Positions 1 to 13,241 are shown, numbered from the stretch's first letter. The stretch: 48,665 nucleotides of DNA from Octopus bimaculoides (GCF_001194135.2 NC_068985.1:98144390-98193054); one strand, 5' to 3'. The notes: generated by a model from the sequence alone, not told the origin. A program made the numbers and translations.

Positions 1-40
<40 letters not shown>

Positions 41-44
<4 letters not shown>

Positions 45-270
45 TTTATTTCCCGCAGGGGGCTAAACATAGAGGGGACAAACAAGGATAGATAAAGGGA
101 TTAAATCGATTACAGCGACCCAGTGTGTAACTGGTACTTGTTTAATTGACCCCAAGAGGATGAAAGGCAAAGTCAACCTTGGTGGAAATTGAACTCAGAA
201 TGTAATGGCAGATGAAATACCGCTAAGCATTTCGGCTGGTGTGCTTTCAATTCTGCCAGCTCGCTGCCCT
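41..270 (-). mobile_element. tRNA-derived SINE, family B (homologous to 46255-46485)
   Basis: Reverse complement of the 46255-46485 element, with the same head, core and tail motifs. Confidence 0.8.
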
Positions 271-478
271 ATATGTATATTACAGAGATGTACTTGCATA
301 GCAAGTAACTTGATTTGAGATCGTGTGCTGAAGCAAAAACTATTGCAGCGTGAAAGGTGTTCATAAGCCATTTAAAAACCTACAAAAACCGTTAGATTCA
401 CTTCAAAATTTAAATTTAATTTGTCAAAATATTTTCATTGTTTTGAAACCACGACTAGTTCACTGATGAAATTCTGTG

Positions 479-529
<51 letters not shown>

Positions 530-659
530 GACATGCACACCCATACACAATGCTCTTTCTTCCTCTGTCATCTATTCAACCTACTCCTTNNNNNNNNNNN
601 NNNNNNNNNNNNNNNNNNNNNNNNNNNNNNNNNNNNNNNNNNNNNNNNNNNNNNNNATT

Positions 660-960
660 ATCATTCTCCTGCAATAAAACTGTTCCATACATCATGGGGT
701 TTCTCTTTTGATTTGCAAGCCACAAGACAACCCCTGTAGTACTGGTTCCACAAAAAGCATCCTGTACATAAAAGGTGACTAACAGAAGTTGAGGTAGGAC
801 TTGCACTCCGACCTTGTAAAATCCTTTCCAGCCTTGACTACCCAAACAGATCCATAAGTTAGAGAACTGTTGCCTGAGTGGTCCAAAGATGTCTTCTGCC
901 AGGAGTAAGGAGTCACCAACAAATGGTGGATGCAGCATGTTGTCATGGAACATGCCTCCA
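660..960 (-). mobile_element. Decayed mariner/Tc1-type transposase C-terminal fragment
   Basis: ORF 576..953(-) has HDN...LHPPF...D...IFGPLRQQF...LGSQGWKGFYKVGVQVLP, resembling mariner LHDN...HPPYSPDLAPSDFHLFGPLK...SQP..FY..GI..LP. Confidence 0.5.
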
Positions 961-1019
961 TACTACTATACTACTACAACACTGTAAGTGTTGGCTAATC
1001 AATCTGAACAGCAATGATG

Positions 1020-1262
1020 CAAGGCTTGAGAGGGCTCGTTAGGATTACTGATGGCAAGGCAACCTCTATAGAACTGGTGCTGGGGAAAATGCACCCAGTA
1101 CACACTGTAAAGTTAGTTGTTGGTGTTTGGAAGAACATCAAGCCATTGAAACCATGTGAAAAATGAGACAGAGGGAGACATGGTCCTCCAATCTATTGAA
1201 TTGTGTCAAGCTATCCTATTCTTGTCAGCATGGAAAGCACAAAGAAAATGACAGTGATGATT
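1020..1262 (+). mobile_element. Degenerate RTE-tail-type SINE/LINE 3' end (family C)
   Basis: Diverged similarity to 37290-37455 (..ggcatccagccatagaaacc..gccagcatggaa..(gat)n). Confidence 0.45.
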
Positions 1263-1689
1263 GTGTGTGTGTGTGTGTGTGTGTGTGAACATACATTTGC
1301 ATACATCTAAATAACATTCTGATTTTAGTTTTCAGTTAGGAGGAATAGGGTCCTTTTAAACCAAAAAGTGAAATGTTATCAGATGTCATGGACAACAGTT
1401 GAGAAATGGAAGTTTATATCCTTCCATTGGCACTGAGCTGTGTCAATGTCTCAAATTCTTTGTTCTTAAACACCCATTTTTCTTGACTGTAAGAAGCACA
1501 AAATGAACTTATCAACATTTTCACATTTTTCTTGTCTCTGCTTAGTATGGGTTAGGTACACGTTTGGCATACAACATATTTCCACTGATCTTGACACTTT
1601 GCTTTTCTCCTTATTTGTGATGTCCTGTGTTCTAAGATCTCACCTTGCCCTTTCCTTCCAAAATCTTCCTCAGTCTTCTTCGAGCATGG

Positions 1690-2570
1690 CTGTTCTCCAT
1701 TAACAAGCAAACAGCATTCTCTTTAGTCAGTACTTTGTTATAGAATATTGATAAACTTCTTTCAATCATTTGAAGGAATCGATTTCATGGATGCTTCTAC
1801 TGTTAGCTATTTCTCTAAATTTGCTGCTTACAAAGATTTCCTTCTCTTTTAGCCTGCCTGTGATACCACTACATCTCTTGTGTACCCATATTTCACATTT
1901 GATAACCAGAACAGAGTTCCTTGCCAACTCATTTTCTGCATATTGATCAAGGCCACCTTCATGGTGGTAATTCTGTTCTATATTCATCCTTGCTTAATCA
2001 TTTGCTTTTGTTAAGTCTACCTAATTCTAGGCTTTGCTTCCACATCTAAAATTCCATCTATAATTCTTTGACAGACTCAGCTTTGAGGATTAGGTCATTA
2101 ACATTCAAGAATTCTTATAACCAGCCAGTCTTATCTGCCTCTGTAAACAATAAAGGACTGGAAACTAAGATGTTAAATTTTTTGCTGAACCAGTATATAA
2201 CATCCACCATACCGATGGCTTGTATGGCCCTCTTTAACCATTCATCTACACTTAATTTTCTTGGTGACCATCAGACTATAGAGTGTAGTACATTGTTAAA
2301 AGCCCTTTTCTGGTCAACAAATATTTTTTGGAAAGCATTATTTGTTGCCCATCCTAGCATGAACCTAAATTGCATCCCATCTAAAGTAATTTTCTTTCTA
2401 ATCTGTTGTGTTATAATTCTTTTTGTGGCTTCCATAACTTGATTCCTCCGTTGAGACCTCGATAGTTGCTTCTTTCTTGAGTATATCCCTCTATCATTCT
2501 TTAGCCTCTCAACAACTAGCACAAGGCTATCTCCCTCAAAACTAAGCCAGCACTCTGTCAAGAGATCTTG
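1690..2570 (-). mobile_element. RTE-clade LINE reverse-transcriptase fragment (disrupted)
   Basis: Translated pieces IRKKITLDGMQFRFMLG..IFVDQKRAFNNV (RT motifs QFGF/FVDxEKAFD) and CEIWVHKRCSGITGRL, with stops and frameshifts. Confidence 0.75.
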
Positions 2571-2589
2571 TCTTGCACCTTATTTAGTG

Positions 2590-2760
2590 ACCTCACTGGT
2601 GCTGGTGTCACCCCCACCTCCAAAAAAAAACAACGATTGGCATTAGGAAGAGCATCTGGCTGTGGAAACCTTGCCAAGACAGCCCCCTGGCTCATTGGCT
2701 TCTGTGGAACCATCCAACCCATGCCAGCATGGAATATGGACATTAAATAATAATGATGAT
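2590..2760 (+). mobile_element. RTE-tail-type repeat, family C
   Basis: ggcattaggaagagcatctggctgtggaaacc...catgccagcatggaa...(atg)n tail, shared with 16905, 37290, 38205, 40112 and 42263. Confidence 0.7.
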
Positions 2761-3224
2761 AATCCATTTCTCTACAAACAGTATAACTGCTCTAAAGTCC
2801 AGTTACCCACCCAGAAGAATTTGTAGTTGTGCTTCTTACCTGTAAGGAGCCTGACTGAGGCCTCCCATTGTCTTGTCTTGTCTTGCGTAAGTGGCACAAA
2901 TCAGCTTTGCTTTTCTCTAGCATTTCTATGATCTCTCTAGACTTTTCTGTGATCACAACAATGCTGGTGGTGGCATCCTTAATGAAGAAGCAAGTTTGTT
3001 GTGATGGATGGTATGTTTAAAGGCACAGTTATGCCTCTCATTGAATGGTGGTGATAGGTACAGGTATGGATGTGTGGCTAAGAAGTTTGCTTCCCAACCT
3101 TGTGATACTGTATTTGATCTTACTGAATGGCATGTTGAGCAAGTTTCTTTTTACTATAATCTTGAACTGAACAAGGCTTTATGAGTAAAATTTGGCAGAT
3201 GGAAACCCATTATATGTATACTCT

Positions 3225-3558
3225 TACTCTTTTACTTGTTTCAGTCATTTGACTGCGGCCATGCTGGAGCACCGCCTTTAGTCGAGAAAATCGACCCTAG
3301 TACTTATTCTATCGGTCTCTTTTTGCCGAACCGCTAAGTTACGGAGAAGTAAACACACCAGCATCGGTTGTCAAGCGATGCTGGGGAAACAAACACAGAC
3401 ACACAAACACACATACATATATATATATACATATATACGACGGGCTTCTTTCAGTTTCCGTCTACCAAATCCACTCACAAGGTGCCACGCAGTGGGACTG
3501 AACCCGGAACCATGTGGTTGGTAAGCAAGCTACTTGCCACACAGCCACTCCTGCGCCT
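3225..3558 (-). mobile_element. tRNA-derived SINE, family A, with internal deletion
   Basis: Reverse complement of 45266-45699. Lacks a ~40-bp block between two CAAGG repeats. Confidence 0.9.
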
Positions 3559-4609
3559 ATGTATGTATGTATGTATACAGGTAGGTAGGTATGCATGTAG
3601 ACATGCATATGTAGGCATGACTGTTAAGGTGGAGGCATTTTTGTTAAAGGTGGGGGGCATGGCTGTGAGATTAAGAAATATGTTTCCCAACGGTGGAATT
3701 TTTGCTTCAGTTCTATTGCATGGCACATTGAATAAGTGTCTTCTGTGATATCCATAGGCTGATTAAAGTGTTGAGTGGATTTGGTAGATGGAAACTGAAT
3801 CAAGTTCTTACATATATTGTTGTTTGTGTGTTTTTGTTTCCTTGTCTTGATATTACATGCTAGATGTAAACAAGGGTCATTGTTATATTAATTTCCCATC
3901 TTCTGTACAAACATTGTTTGGTCATAAGGAAATATTACGTTGCTTAGAAACAGATGAAGTTTGATGACAGGAAGAGCATCTGGCTCTAGAAAATCCACCT
4001 CAGCAAATTTTATCTGACCCATGTAAGCATGGAAAAGTGGATACTAAAGAAAATGATGATGATAATAATGTGTGTGTGTGTGTGTTTCTATGTGCCTTTG
4101 CATCAACAACATTTGGGTTGCGGTGATGTTGGTTATACTCTGTATAAACAAAATGTTTGGCAATTCAGTGCTTTCATGACAGCAAAAAGTATCTTATGCA
4201 ATGTGGAGACAAGGAGGGGCATCGGATAGGGTATCCTGTGATAGAATATTACCTCAAGATGTCTCACCAATCCATGTCAGTATGAAAAAAGCATTAACAA
4301 AAATGATTGTGAAGTTTGTAATATATTATTCATCGTTCATTCATCATTTTTTTATCGCCCATTTTCCCATGGTTTCACGAGTCAGATGAAATTTGTTGAG
4401 GTAGATGTTCCAGGTCCAGATGCCCTTCCTGTTGCCAACCCATCTTGTTTTATGCAAGGAAATATTTCCTCAGGGACAGATATGTTTTTCACAGAAGACT
4501 TGAAACGAACATCACTTGTATGGTGGGGATGCTTGTTTACAGCCATGATGTCAAAGACAAGGGTGCACACATACACACATATATATGTGTATGTATCTCT
4601 CTCTCTCAT

Positions 4610-4643
<34 letters not shown>

Positions 4644-4789
4644 CAAGTTTCTTTCTGATTCTGTCTCCCAAATTCACTCACAAGCCTTTGGTTGACCTTG
4701 GGCTATAGTAGAAGACATTTACCCGGGGTGCCATGCAGTTATTTTTACCTCCACCTTAGCTTTCAGGGATGTTTAGCCTCATGAATAGC

Positions 4790-5200
4790 ACAAACTGATT
4801 AAATTTTGAGATCGATCTGGTACCAGACAAAAATTCTGGATTATCTTTCTGGATTTTTTACTTAATTTTTGAGAGCAGATCTGGTTCATTTTTAGTATTC
4901 TTGTTTGTGAGAGCATTCGAGTTTATTTCAGATATTCTCATTTTAAAAATAATCTCTGGCTAATCGTTGAGAGGACGTTAGTGTTGCCTTGGCGGAGGTT
5001 TGTGCTCTCTGAGTGCTCTTGTTATTATAATTTTTGCAAAATTCTTGATGCGAACTTGGTTGTTGAAACAGACATTGTTGTGCTTTGGGAAGATCATACT
5101 GCTTACAAAAGGACACACACACACACACACACTGGTTGTATATTACTACAACATTATTGCCAATTAATTAACAAAAAGTATTTTTTTGTGAATTAATGTT
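4790..5200. repeat. Interspersed repeat (MITE-like), partial second copy at ~10790-11000
   Basis: gcaaaattcttgatgcgaacttggttgttgaaacagacattgttg...cacacactggttgtatatt aligns with gcaagactcttgaagtgaacctgtgttttgaaacagattttgttg...cacacactggttctatt. Confidence 0.55.
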
Positions 5201-5402
5201 CCAGATACCAATTTAATACCTGAAAAGTTACAGAATCTCTTCAAATTCTTGGTTACTTTATAAGTTAATTTTAACAGATAGACAATTTTTTCTTTAAAAA
5301 TACAGTCATGAAAAATGTCAAATGTTTTTTTATGAAGTCTGGTTAACTTAGTCAGTTACTTACCTGACTTTTGTTTTATATTTTGTAATTTTAAAATTTC
5401 AG

Positions 5403-5478
5403 GAGTGAGAGTGTTGCAGGTAGTGAGGAGACGGTACCACGTCGCCCTGGCCAGTATACAGAGTCCCCACCACCAGCA
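5403..5478 (+). CDS. Candidate internal exon of an unidentified plus-strand gene (SESVAGSEETVPRRPGQYTESPPPA, or alternative frame VRVLQVVRRRYHVALASIQSPHHQ)
   Basis: GC-rich 76-nt island in AT-rich flanks, acceptor ttttaaaatttcag, consensus donor gtaagt, two frames open. Product not recognised. Confidence 0.6.
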
Positions 5479-5917
5479 GTAAGTAAACTATATCCATTTG
5501 TCAGTCACTAAATTTATATATATGTATTTATTTATATATATATATATAAATATATATATGTACCTTGTCTGTTTTTCACCCAGACTGCTACCACTACCTC
5601 TACCACCACCACCACCACCACCAGCATTTCACCTTCACTCCCTATCTTTAAAGTCTTTCGTCCATGTAACTTTCATTAACACCAAAAAAAAAAAAAAAAN
5701 NNNNNNNNNNNNNNNNNNNNNNNNNNNNNNNNNNNNNNNNNNNNNNNNNNNNNNNNNNNNNNNNNNNNNNNNNNNNNNNNNNNNNNNNNNNNNNNNNNNN
5801 NNNNNNNNNNNNNNNNNNNNNNNNNNNNNNNNNNNNNNNNNNNNNNNNNNNNNNNNNNNNNNNNNNNNNNNNNNNNNNNNNNNNNNNNNNNNNNNNNNNN
5901 NNNNNNNNNNNNNNNNN

Positions 5918-5972
<55 letters not shown>

Positions 5973-5974
5973 TA

Positions 5975-6185
5975 AAAAGGAGGTCTCTAAGTGGTTGCTG
6001 AGTCTTCTAAAGATAGGTGTAAAATCTCTCATATCACACCTTATGTTTTTAAATAGGAAGGACACATTGTTATAATCTAGTCATAAATGTACAGACTGAA
6101 AACAAGACCAGATGGTTGCAGCTAGAATGTCATTGATCATTGGTCAGGTGGATCAGAACTAACCTGGGGCTAAACCACAACAATG
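5975..6185. mobile_element. SINE family D fragment (related to 43175-43330 in the opposite orientation)
   Basis: Shared ..cctggggctaaa / ttagccataggtc.. and ggacacatt / aatgtgtcc blocks. Confidence 0.5.
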
Positions 6186-6922
6186 TGTTCTGTAAGGAAG
6201 AATAAGTATACTGAAGTGAAATTCACTTATTCTATTGGATTTATACAAATGCCAATGAACTCATTTGTTTCTGGTAAATGAAATACAGGATATAAGATAT
6301 ATGTAAGGTAAATTTAGATACAGCAAAATCTTGGCCTATTCTTTATTAGTACTTGATATGAATTCCCATGCTAAACTGGTATTTAATTTTGTGACTCCAT
6401 GAAAATATGGTCCATAGGTGCAAGAAATGTAGGTGTAAATCATTGATAGAATGAGTGTGTATGTATAACCACAAAGTAAAATACCATGTATGATAGTTTA
6501 ATAAGTGTCTGATGAAGATGGTATAACCTATAACTTATACAGCCTTGTGTGATTTATCATACATAATTCATTATATGTGTATTGTAAAGGGAAATGCTAT
6601 TGAAACCATTGTGAGTCATAGTAAAACTTATGTTTTACTGATATCGTTATCATTTCTATTTTACTTTGTGGTTTTATATATATATATACATACATACATA
6701 CATACATACTTATGTAATAAGGGAAGAGTGGGTTATATAGCATTATATTTAATACATGGTTCGCAATTGCTTCAACATCATGTAGTGACCAATCACATAG
6801 TATGTCAATAGACATGGACGATGACAATATTTAAGTCATCTATATCATATAATGTTTATTAAAAATAGCACCAGCTGTCATTTAACCATAACCAATGAGA
6901 GATATATAACACTTTCTGTGTG

Positions 6923-6960
<38 letters not shown>

Positions 6961-7431
6961 AGCCAAGTCAGTTTTGTGAGACCATTTTTTATGTCTTAGA
7001 ATTATGAGATGATATGAACACAACACTGACAAAGTACTTTACCAATTTTCTTGCATTTTGAATGCTTATAGCATTAAGCTGTTCATGTTGTAGTACATGT
7101 TTGCAGCTAATCAGTTTGAGTTATGGAATACATAAGATAGAAATCTGTATATTTTGAAGAATTTTACATAGTACTCGTTGGTTTGACAAAATTTTACTTG
7201 TATAAGTTCTGCAGGTGAAAAGGCCAATTATTAGATTATTAGATGTTATAGCCAAGAATCTATTCCACATAAATTCAGAAACCCAGCAATCAGCAATGCA
7301 ACATCATCGTAATATGATTAATGATAGTAATAATGATTAATGATAATGATAATAATAAAATGTCTGTAATGTTAATAATACTAAAGCTATATCATATATA
7401 GTATAGAAAGCTATAATGTATTTGATATATA

Positions 7432-7572
7432 TATACTTCGTAACCACATGGTTGTGGGTTCGATTGCAGTACATGGCACCTTGGGCATGTGTCTACCATA
7501 GCCTTGGGTTGACCAATGCCTTTTGAGTGAAATTTGGTAGACGGAAACTGTGCAGAGATTCCGTCGTATATG
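7432..7572 (+). mobile_element. SINE family A, 5' portion
   Basis: aaccacatggttgtgggttcgattgcagtacatggcaccttgggc...ggtagacggaaactg matches the family A head. Confidence 0.8.
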
Positions 7573-8113
7573 TATGTATGTATAAATATATATATATATA
7601 TATGTATGCATGTGTGTGTATATCTTCCATGGGCATATATTGATGAAAAATGTAAATATCGGCGAGAAAACTGCTAAACTGGTGCTTTCGAATGAAAATC
7701 CATTGTGATATTTGTTCTGCCCGAGTTACACAGACAATCCCTTGTCACTCTTGCCATCGTAAATGCAGTGAACCAGTAATTGGCCCGTTGGAAACCTATA
7801 ACCAACGAAGCTATTTTTTCACAAAATGCAATATATAACTATAAAAATAAAAATATATATATATATATACTTATATATACAAAACACATATTGGGTCTAT
7901 TTAACCAAATTTCTTACATACTCTCTACCTCATATATTAGTGCCATACTACAGATCAGCTTTTAGAATTCATCATTTCTGCAAGACATCCAGATAGTTTG
8001 GTAAATATGGTGAACAAGTCTTCATATTTCACTGTATAATTTCTGTCATTGGTGTGAGGCACACATTCCATTGCTGCTTGTGATAGCTTGCTATATAATT
8101 TTTAATTTGTGTC

Positions 8114-8150
<37 letters not shown>

Positions 8151-8343
8151 GCATATATATACACATATAAACACTTTGAATGCGCAGTAGATATTAAACA
8201 GTTTTGTCTTGCAAACTATTTCCGTGTGATTGCATGTTTGATATATTTGACATTTTCTATTGTTAATTATCATTATTATTATTACTTTTTTTTTATAATT
8301 ATTTTCTTGTTATTGTCACATGTTTAGTTCTTTGACCTGTAAG

Positions 8344-8386
8344 CACCTCCCATCTGAACGGCTGCTGCTGGCAAAATCAAGGATTT
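8344..8386 (+). CDS. Candidate 43-nt exon (HLPSERLLLAKSRI or TSHLNGCCWQNQGF)
   Basis: GC-richer island, acceptor gacctgtaag, donor gtatgt. Frame uncertain. Confidence 0.3.
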
Positions 8387-8560
8387 GTATGTTTGCTTAT
8401 CTTCCTTCTTAACTGACCGATATTTTTTTTCACAGCTTAAATCTTTTTTATCAGTGCAGAATGTCATCATTGAGTAAAAGAGTCTTGAAATAATCAAAGA
8501 AAATATTAAAAGCTTATTTCTCAATATATATGTGTATGCACATATACATATGTACTTACA

Positions 8561-8597
<37 letters not shown>

Positions 8598-8790
8598 ACA
8601 CACATGTAGGACCATGGAACATGAAATGATGATGATGAAGATAAAATATATATATTCAGAAATGAGCTTTTAAAATATGTATGTGCGTATGCATACATAT
8701 ATATATGTATAAAATACAAAATTTGTCTCTGTTTACTGGAATTATAATGAAAAAATGAGATAATAAACTGCAATTCAAAAAATGAATATT

Positions 8791-8854
<64 letters not shown>

Positions 8855-9229
8855 TTTTTTTTTTTTTTCATTGTAATTTTTATGGAAATAAGTTGTTTGG
8901 TTCTTTTGTCTTTTTCTCAGTATTTGAAATCTTGATATTCCTGGTAAAATATCTTATTCTATGGAGAGGAGATGATATGGTTGTTTAGTTAAGTACTATT
9001 TAAATAAGTAGCTATCATAATACTTAATTATCTAAGTGTTTAAAAATGAGTTGTTAATAAAATTATAAATTTTCAAACTATTGGCCACATTTTTAGAGGT
9101 GAGAAGTATTTTAATATCTGCATCTATGCTGTTTCCTTCAACTCTGGTCTTTATAAAAAGTGTCTTATTCCCAGATGTGTTTTATATTTTGTACTAGATT
9201 AGATTGAGACTATGAACATTTCATTTGTC

Positions 9230-9690
9230 TTACTTTCCAACTACATGGTTTGAAGTTTAGTCCCACTGCATGGCACCTTGGGCAAGTGTCTTCTAATATA
9301 AGCCTCAGGTCAACCAAAGCCTTGTGAATGGATTTATTAGGTGGCAATTAAAAGAAGCCCATCGTATATATATGTATATACCGGCATAAGGCAGATGTTA
9401 AACAATGATGATTGTGATGATGGTATATATCACACACACTCACATATAATATATGTATGTGTGTATTTGTGTCTGTGTTTGTCCCCTCACCACTGCTTGA
9501 CAACTGGTGTTGTGTGTTTATGTCCCTGTAACTTAGCAGTTCAGCAAAAGAGATCAACAGAATAAATACCAGACTTTAAAAAAAAATAAGCACTGGGGCC
9601 AATACATTCAATTAAAAGTTTTTTCAAGGTGGTGCCCCAGCATGGCCACAGTCTAATGGCTGAAAGAAGTAAAAGATAAAATATAAAAGA
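9230..9690 (+). mobile_element. SINE family A, diverged near-full-length copy
   Basis: Colinear with 45266-45699. Confidence 0.8.
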
Positions 9691-11024
9691 TTCAAGTATT
9701 GTTGTACACATCCAGGACTAAGACACCCTATGACAATCAGAGATCAAGCTAACTGGAAAGTAGCGTAGATGTAAATATTGAAAATCCAACTCTGTTTAAC
9801 TGCTCCTTTTGTGCTACCATACACTGCATGTTTGGATTTGCTTGCGTCATTTTTCTAGCAATAAGTTTCTCTAACCATTCTTTTGGCATTTGAATTGAAG
9901 ATTTTTAAAAATGTTAAGAAGGTTAAAAAGAATCATTACTTTTCCATGCCTGTTCTGTATGGCCTGTTGCTTTGAAATAACTTATCGTGCCAGTATTAAC
10001 AGGGCTTCAAAGCCCATTCTGAAGATATTTTCCAAACAGATAACAGTGGTTCTTTGACAGCATTTTGCTTCTGTTGCCTGTGATTGCCGCTTTTGTAGAG
10101 CAGTGGCTTGATAAAATTATTTGACCATCAAATTTCAAGAAAAGAGTTTGGTAGTTTATTTGAAAAAAAGAAAAAAAAAGGAAAAAAAAGAAAAGTTCTT
10201 TTTGTTTCTCTATTTGTCATTTGCCAGAAGTTCAGTGATTGTATATTCTTTCGTTATTTATTCTCTCATTTACAAAAACTGTTACGAATTACACAGTGTT
10301 TTTTAAAAGTTTTTATGCTGTCTTAAGGTTGGTTGCTGCCAGAAATTGGTATAGTTCCACATACAGGTGGAATAGTGGAATGTATGGTAAAACATCCAAA
10401 ATGTTGTCTGCTTGACTACTATAGATTCGTAAAAAAAGGGGGTATTATAACTCTTATCTCTTTAGAGAAATGTGTGTGGTCACATTCATGCCTTTCCCAA
10501 AGGTATTTAAATACATATGAAGAATCACTACAATTTTACTTCACATATTTGTTGTAAGTCAACATAATGAATGCAAAATATATATTGTAACGGCAATGTG
10601 TATTTTGACAGGATGGTTATAATATTAGATGTGATTTTAAGACCCTAGCATGTAGTGTGACAGATATAGATGTGAATTATTGTGGAGCTTTGCTTAAAGC
10701 CATGTAAACAGATGAAAAAAAAAGGATCATATATGCTCGGTTTATGCAATTACTAATTAATCCTATATTTTTATCAAATTGGAACATACTAATATGTTTG
10801 TTGCAAGCTTAGTTAAAGAATAACTTTTGAATTCAGTTGTTGCTTTGTTATGCAATAGTATAGTAAAGGAATTTTTGTATTTGGTTTGCAAGACTCTTGA
10901 AGTGAACCTGTGTTTTGAAACAGATTTTGTTGAATCTTGGGAGGGTTATTATAATAAACACACACACTGGTTCTATTTCATTTCTTTTAGTCAGTTTGCT
11001 AACTATTTAGCAATTAATTTCTTG

Positions 11025-11236
11025 CTTGAGTAGTCATTCAGTTAATCAATCAACCAGCTAGGTTCATCAAGGTCCTTTTGTTACCAATCAATACTTCATC
11101 AATCACATGCCCTCTGTGCCCAAGGATTTCTTCAGATCTAAAACGGAAGGCATGTCATTGATGATGTTTTGATTGGTGACAAAAAAGACTTTGACAAACG
11201 TAGTTGGTTGATTGATTGGATGAACAATTACTCAAG
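11025..11236. repeat. Fold-back inverted repeat (~92-bp arms, 27-nt loop), MITE-like
   Basis: 11025-11116 is about 80% identical by eye to the reverse complement of 11144-11236. Confidence 0.85.
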
Positions 11237-11709
11237 TAATCAATTAGTTATCTGGTTATCTAGTTAAATAATAACAACAATAATTATAATAATAATGAAG
11301 AAGTGAAATGCAACTGGTGCATGGATTTTTTATTGACATAATGACCTTCCTAAGATACAACAAAATGGGAAAGACATTCCATAGTCTGTTATGTCACTTT
11401 GCGTTTCAGTAAGTGTGAGTGAGTTGGAAGGTGGATGTTGCATTTTTAGATTTTAATTGATGGATTGTATTACATTAAAATTTTTTTTTTTTTTCTGAAG
11501 AACTGCAGTTTTTGTCTTCCTGTCAAAAACGTTTCAATCAATTTTCTTTCTGATGACATATTCACTGATATCTGCCCTAATCTAGCTTGTAGAAACCCTG
11601 TAGTAAAACTCCTGGCTAAGTAGCTAATCTGCTTTGTAGTTTCCAGTGTATTTAATGTCTTAACTACTCATTTCTCCACTCTGTTCTTGTTGTACTGTTC
11701 TGTTATCAT

Positions 11710-11845
11710 CCATCTGCTTTAAGCCCTGGAAGGAAGATACAAAACATTACACTTAAACACCATTTCTCTTAAGCTCTGGAACGAAGATATATCATGCCTA
11801 AATACCAATTGCCTTAAGATTTTGAAAGAAGATAGAATATTTTAC
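11710..11845 (+). repeat. Degenerate minisatellite, three units of ~45-50 bp
   Basis: cca(t)..ttaag..ctggaa.gaagata.. repeated three times. Confidence 0.65.
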
Positions 11846-12247
11846 CCAGTGGGTCAATAAATTCATCTTTGTTTATTTATCCAATTTTTGTTTCTAAATA
11901 TAATGTGTTTTGGTAAAATGATTTCCCCTCCCCAAAAAATGTCATGAAATTACAAGGCATTAGGGGAGTTTCAATATTATGTGATTAGACATTTTTACAA
12001 CATATCAAAGTTTGGAAAGCAGCTGATTCAAATATTAAGAGACTTTGTCCAAATATGACATCCTTGTCGATCATATATCAACATACACACATACATACAA
12101 TTGCATATAAGCTGTGCATACTCTTGTACATATGAGCACTCACACATGTTGGCATACAATACACACTTGCAAACATATGCTTCCTTTCTCATGCACATGG
12201 ATATACACACTTCTGCTCATGCACACATATGTATACAATTATACATA

Positions 12248-12430
12248 TAGGAGAGTATTGTAGTTCGCTTGAAGCATTGTGTATTGTTTCTAAAGAATAA
12301 AAAGTTTTGAATGGTACAACAATGGACTATAATACAAAAAATGGACTATATACCTGTTGTAATTTAGCTATCTATAGTCTGATGATATTTCGGAATACAA
12401 TTCCTTCTTCAGATATTCTTAGACGGAGTC
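12248..12430 (-). mobile_element. ~175-bp Penelope-like terminal repeat with minimal hammerhead motif, copy 1 (followed by an inverted duplicate 12427-12478)
   Basis: Homologous to 22053-22226 and 44022-44196 with the same ends. Minus strand reads CTGAAGA-A-GGAAT(TGT)ATTCC-GAAA-TATC. Confidence 0.65.
12375..12430 (-). ncRNA. Putative minimal type I hammerhead ribozyme (predicted cleavage between 12384 and 12383)
   Basis: Core CUGAAGA at 12412-12406, GAAA at 12391-12388, stem I AU/AU plus GUCU/AGAC across a bulge. Confidence 0.48.
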
Positions 12431-13170
12431 CATTTTTTGTATTATAGTGCATTGTTGTACCATTCAAAACTTTTTATTTAATTTTACATATACACAAAAA
12501 TATTGTCAAGCGTTCTCAATATATAGAATCTTTTTATGAATAAAATGTGGCATTTTAAAAAATATATTCAAATATAGATACTTGAATCTAAAGAAGAATT
12601 GTTTCTATATATAGATATAATAGATNNNNNNNNNNNNNNNNNNNNNNNNNNNNNNNNNNNNNNNNNNNNNNNNNNNNNNNNNNNNNNNNNNNNNNNNNNN
12701 NNNNNNNNNNNNNGTAATTTGAAGTATTATAGATTACAGTATCTTCAGTAAGGGTTTTACTTTATTTTAACTTGAGTTTCAATCTCTCTGACAAACCAGA
12801 TCCTTTAATGAATAGTGGAAAATAAATTGAAATAAAATAAAATAAAAAATGCAACGAAACAAACAGAAAAGCCTCCATTTTTGATATTAGCACCCATTTA
12901 TGTTTAACCTGTTTCTCATTCTTAAACTCCTTGTTGCTCCTCTTATAGCACACCATATTTTTTTCTATTTCATAAATGTTTTTTTTTTTTTTAGTTTTTA
13001 ACTAAATTAGGGTTGAACCAGTTTAATATAAGCTTTAGTTTGATATGAGTCTTCCATCCCCAGTTGTCTCTTATTTCTTAGTTGTTAGTCTCCACATCTA
13101 ATAAAACACTAATGACAAATAAATATGAATATTATAACAAAAACATATACATAAACACTCCTTTTAACAG

Positions 13171-13241
13171 CTATAGCATTGTTGTTTTTAGTCATTATTC
13201 TTCTTGCCTGTTTGATTTTTATCTCTTGCGAAATTCATCAG
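13171..13241 (+). CDS. Candidate 71-nt exon encoding a hydrophobic helix (xIALLFLVIILLACLIFISCEIHQ)
   Basis: Acceptor ccttttaacag, strong donor CAG|gtaagc. Hydrophobicity could simply reflect T-rich composition. Confidence 0.3.

Noticed and set aside
3368-3748. 126-aa ORF and similar SINE-spanning ORFs (47320-47808, 30123-30365, 45301-45525)
   Set aside because: The same peptide recurs at each SINE A copy, so these are repeat translations.
5351-5368. Perfect minus-strand donor / U1 5'-end-like sequence (ttacttacctgac)
   Set aside because: The adjacent minus-strand sequence is an A-rich copy of a polypyrimidine tract with no plausible exon, so it is most likely chance.
6505-6545. CTGATGA-agatggtataacc as another hammerhead (similar cases at ~463, ~30555, ~32505, ~36902)
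   Set aside because: No correctly placed GAAA/UH or no stem II pairing. At best these are decayed remnants, and the heptamer is expected by chance in 48 kb.
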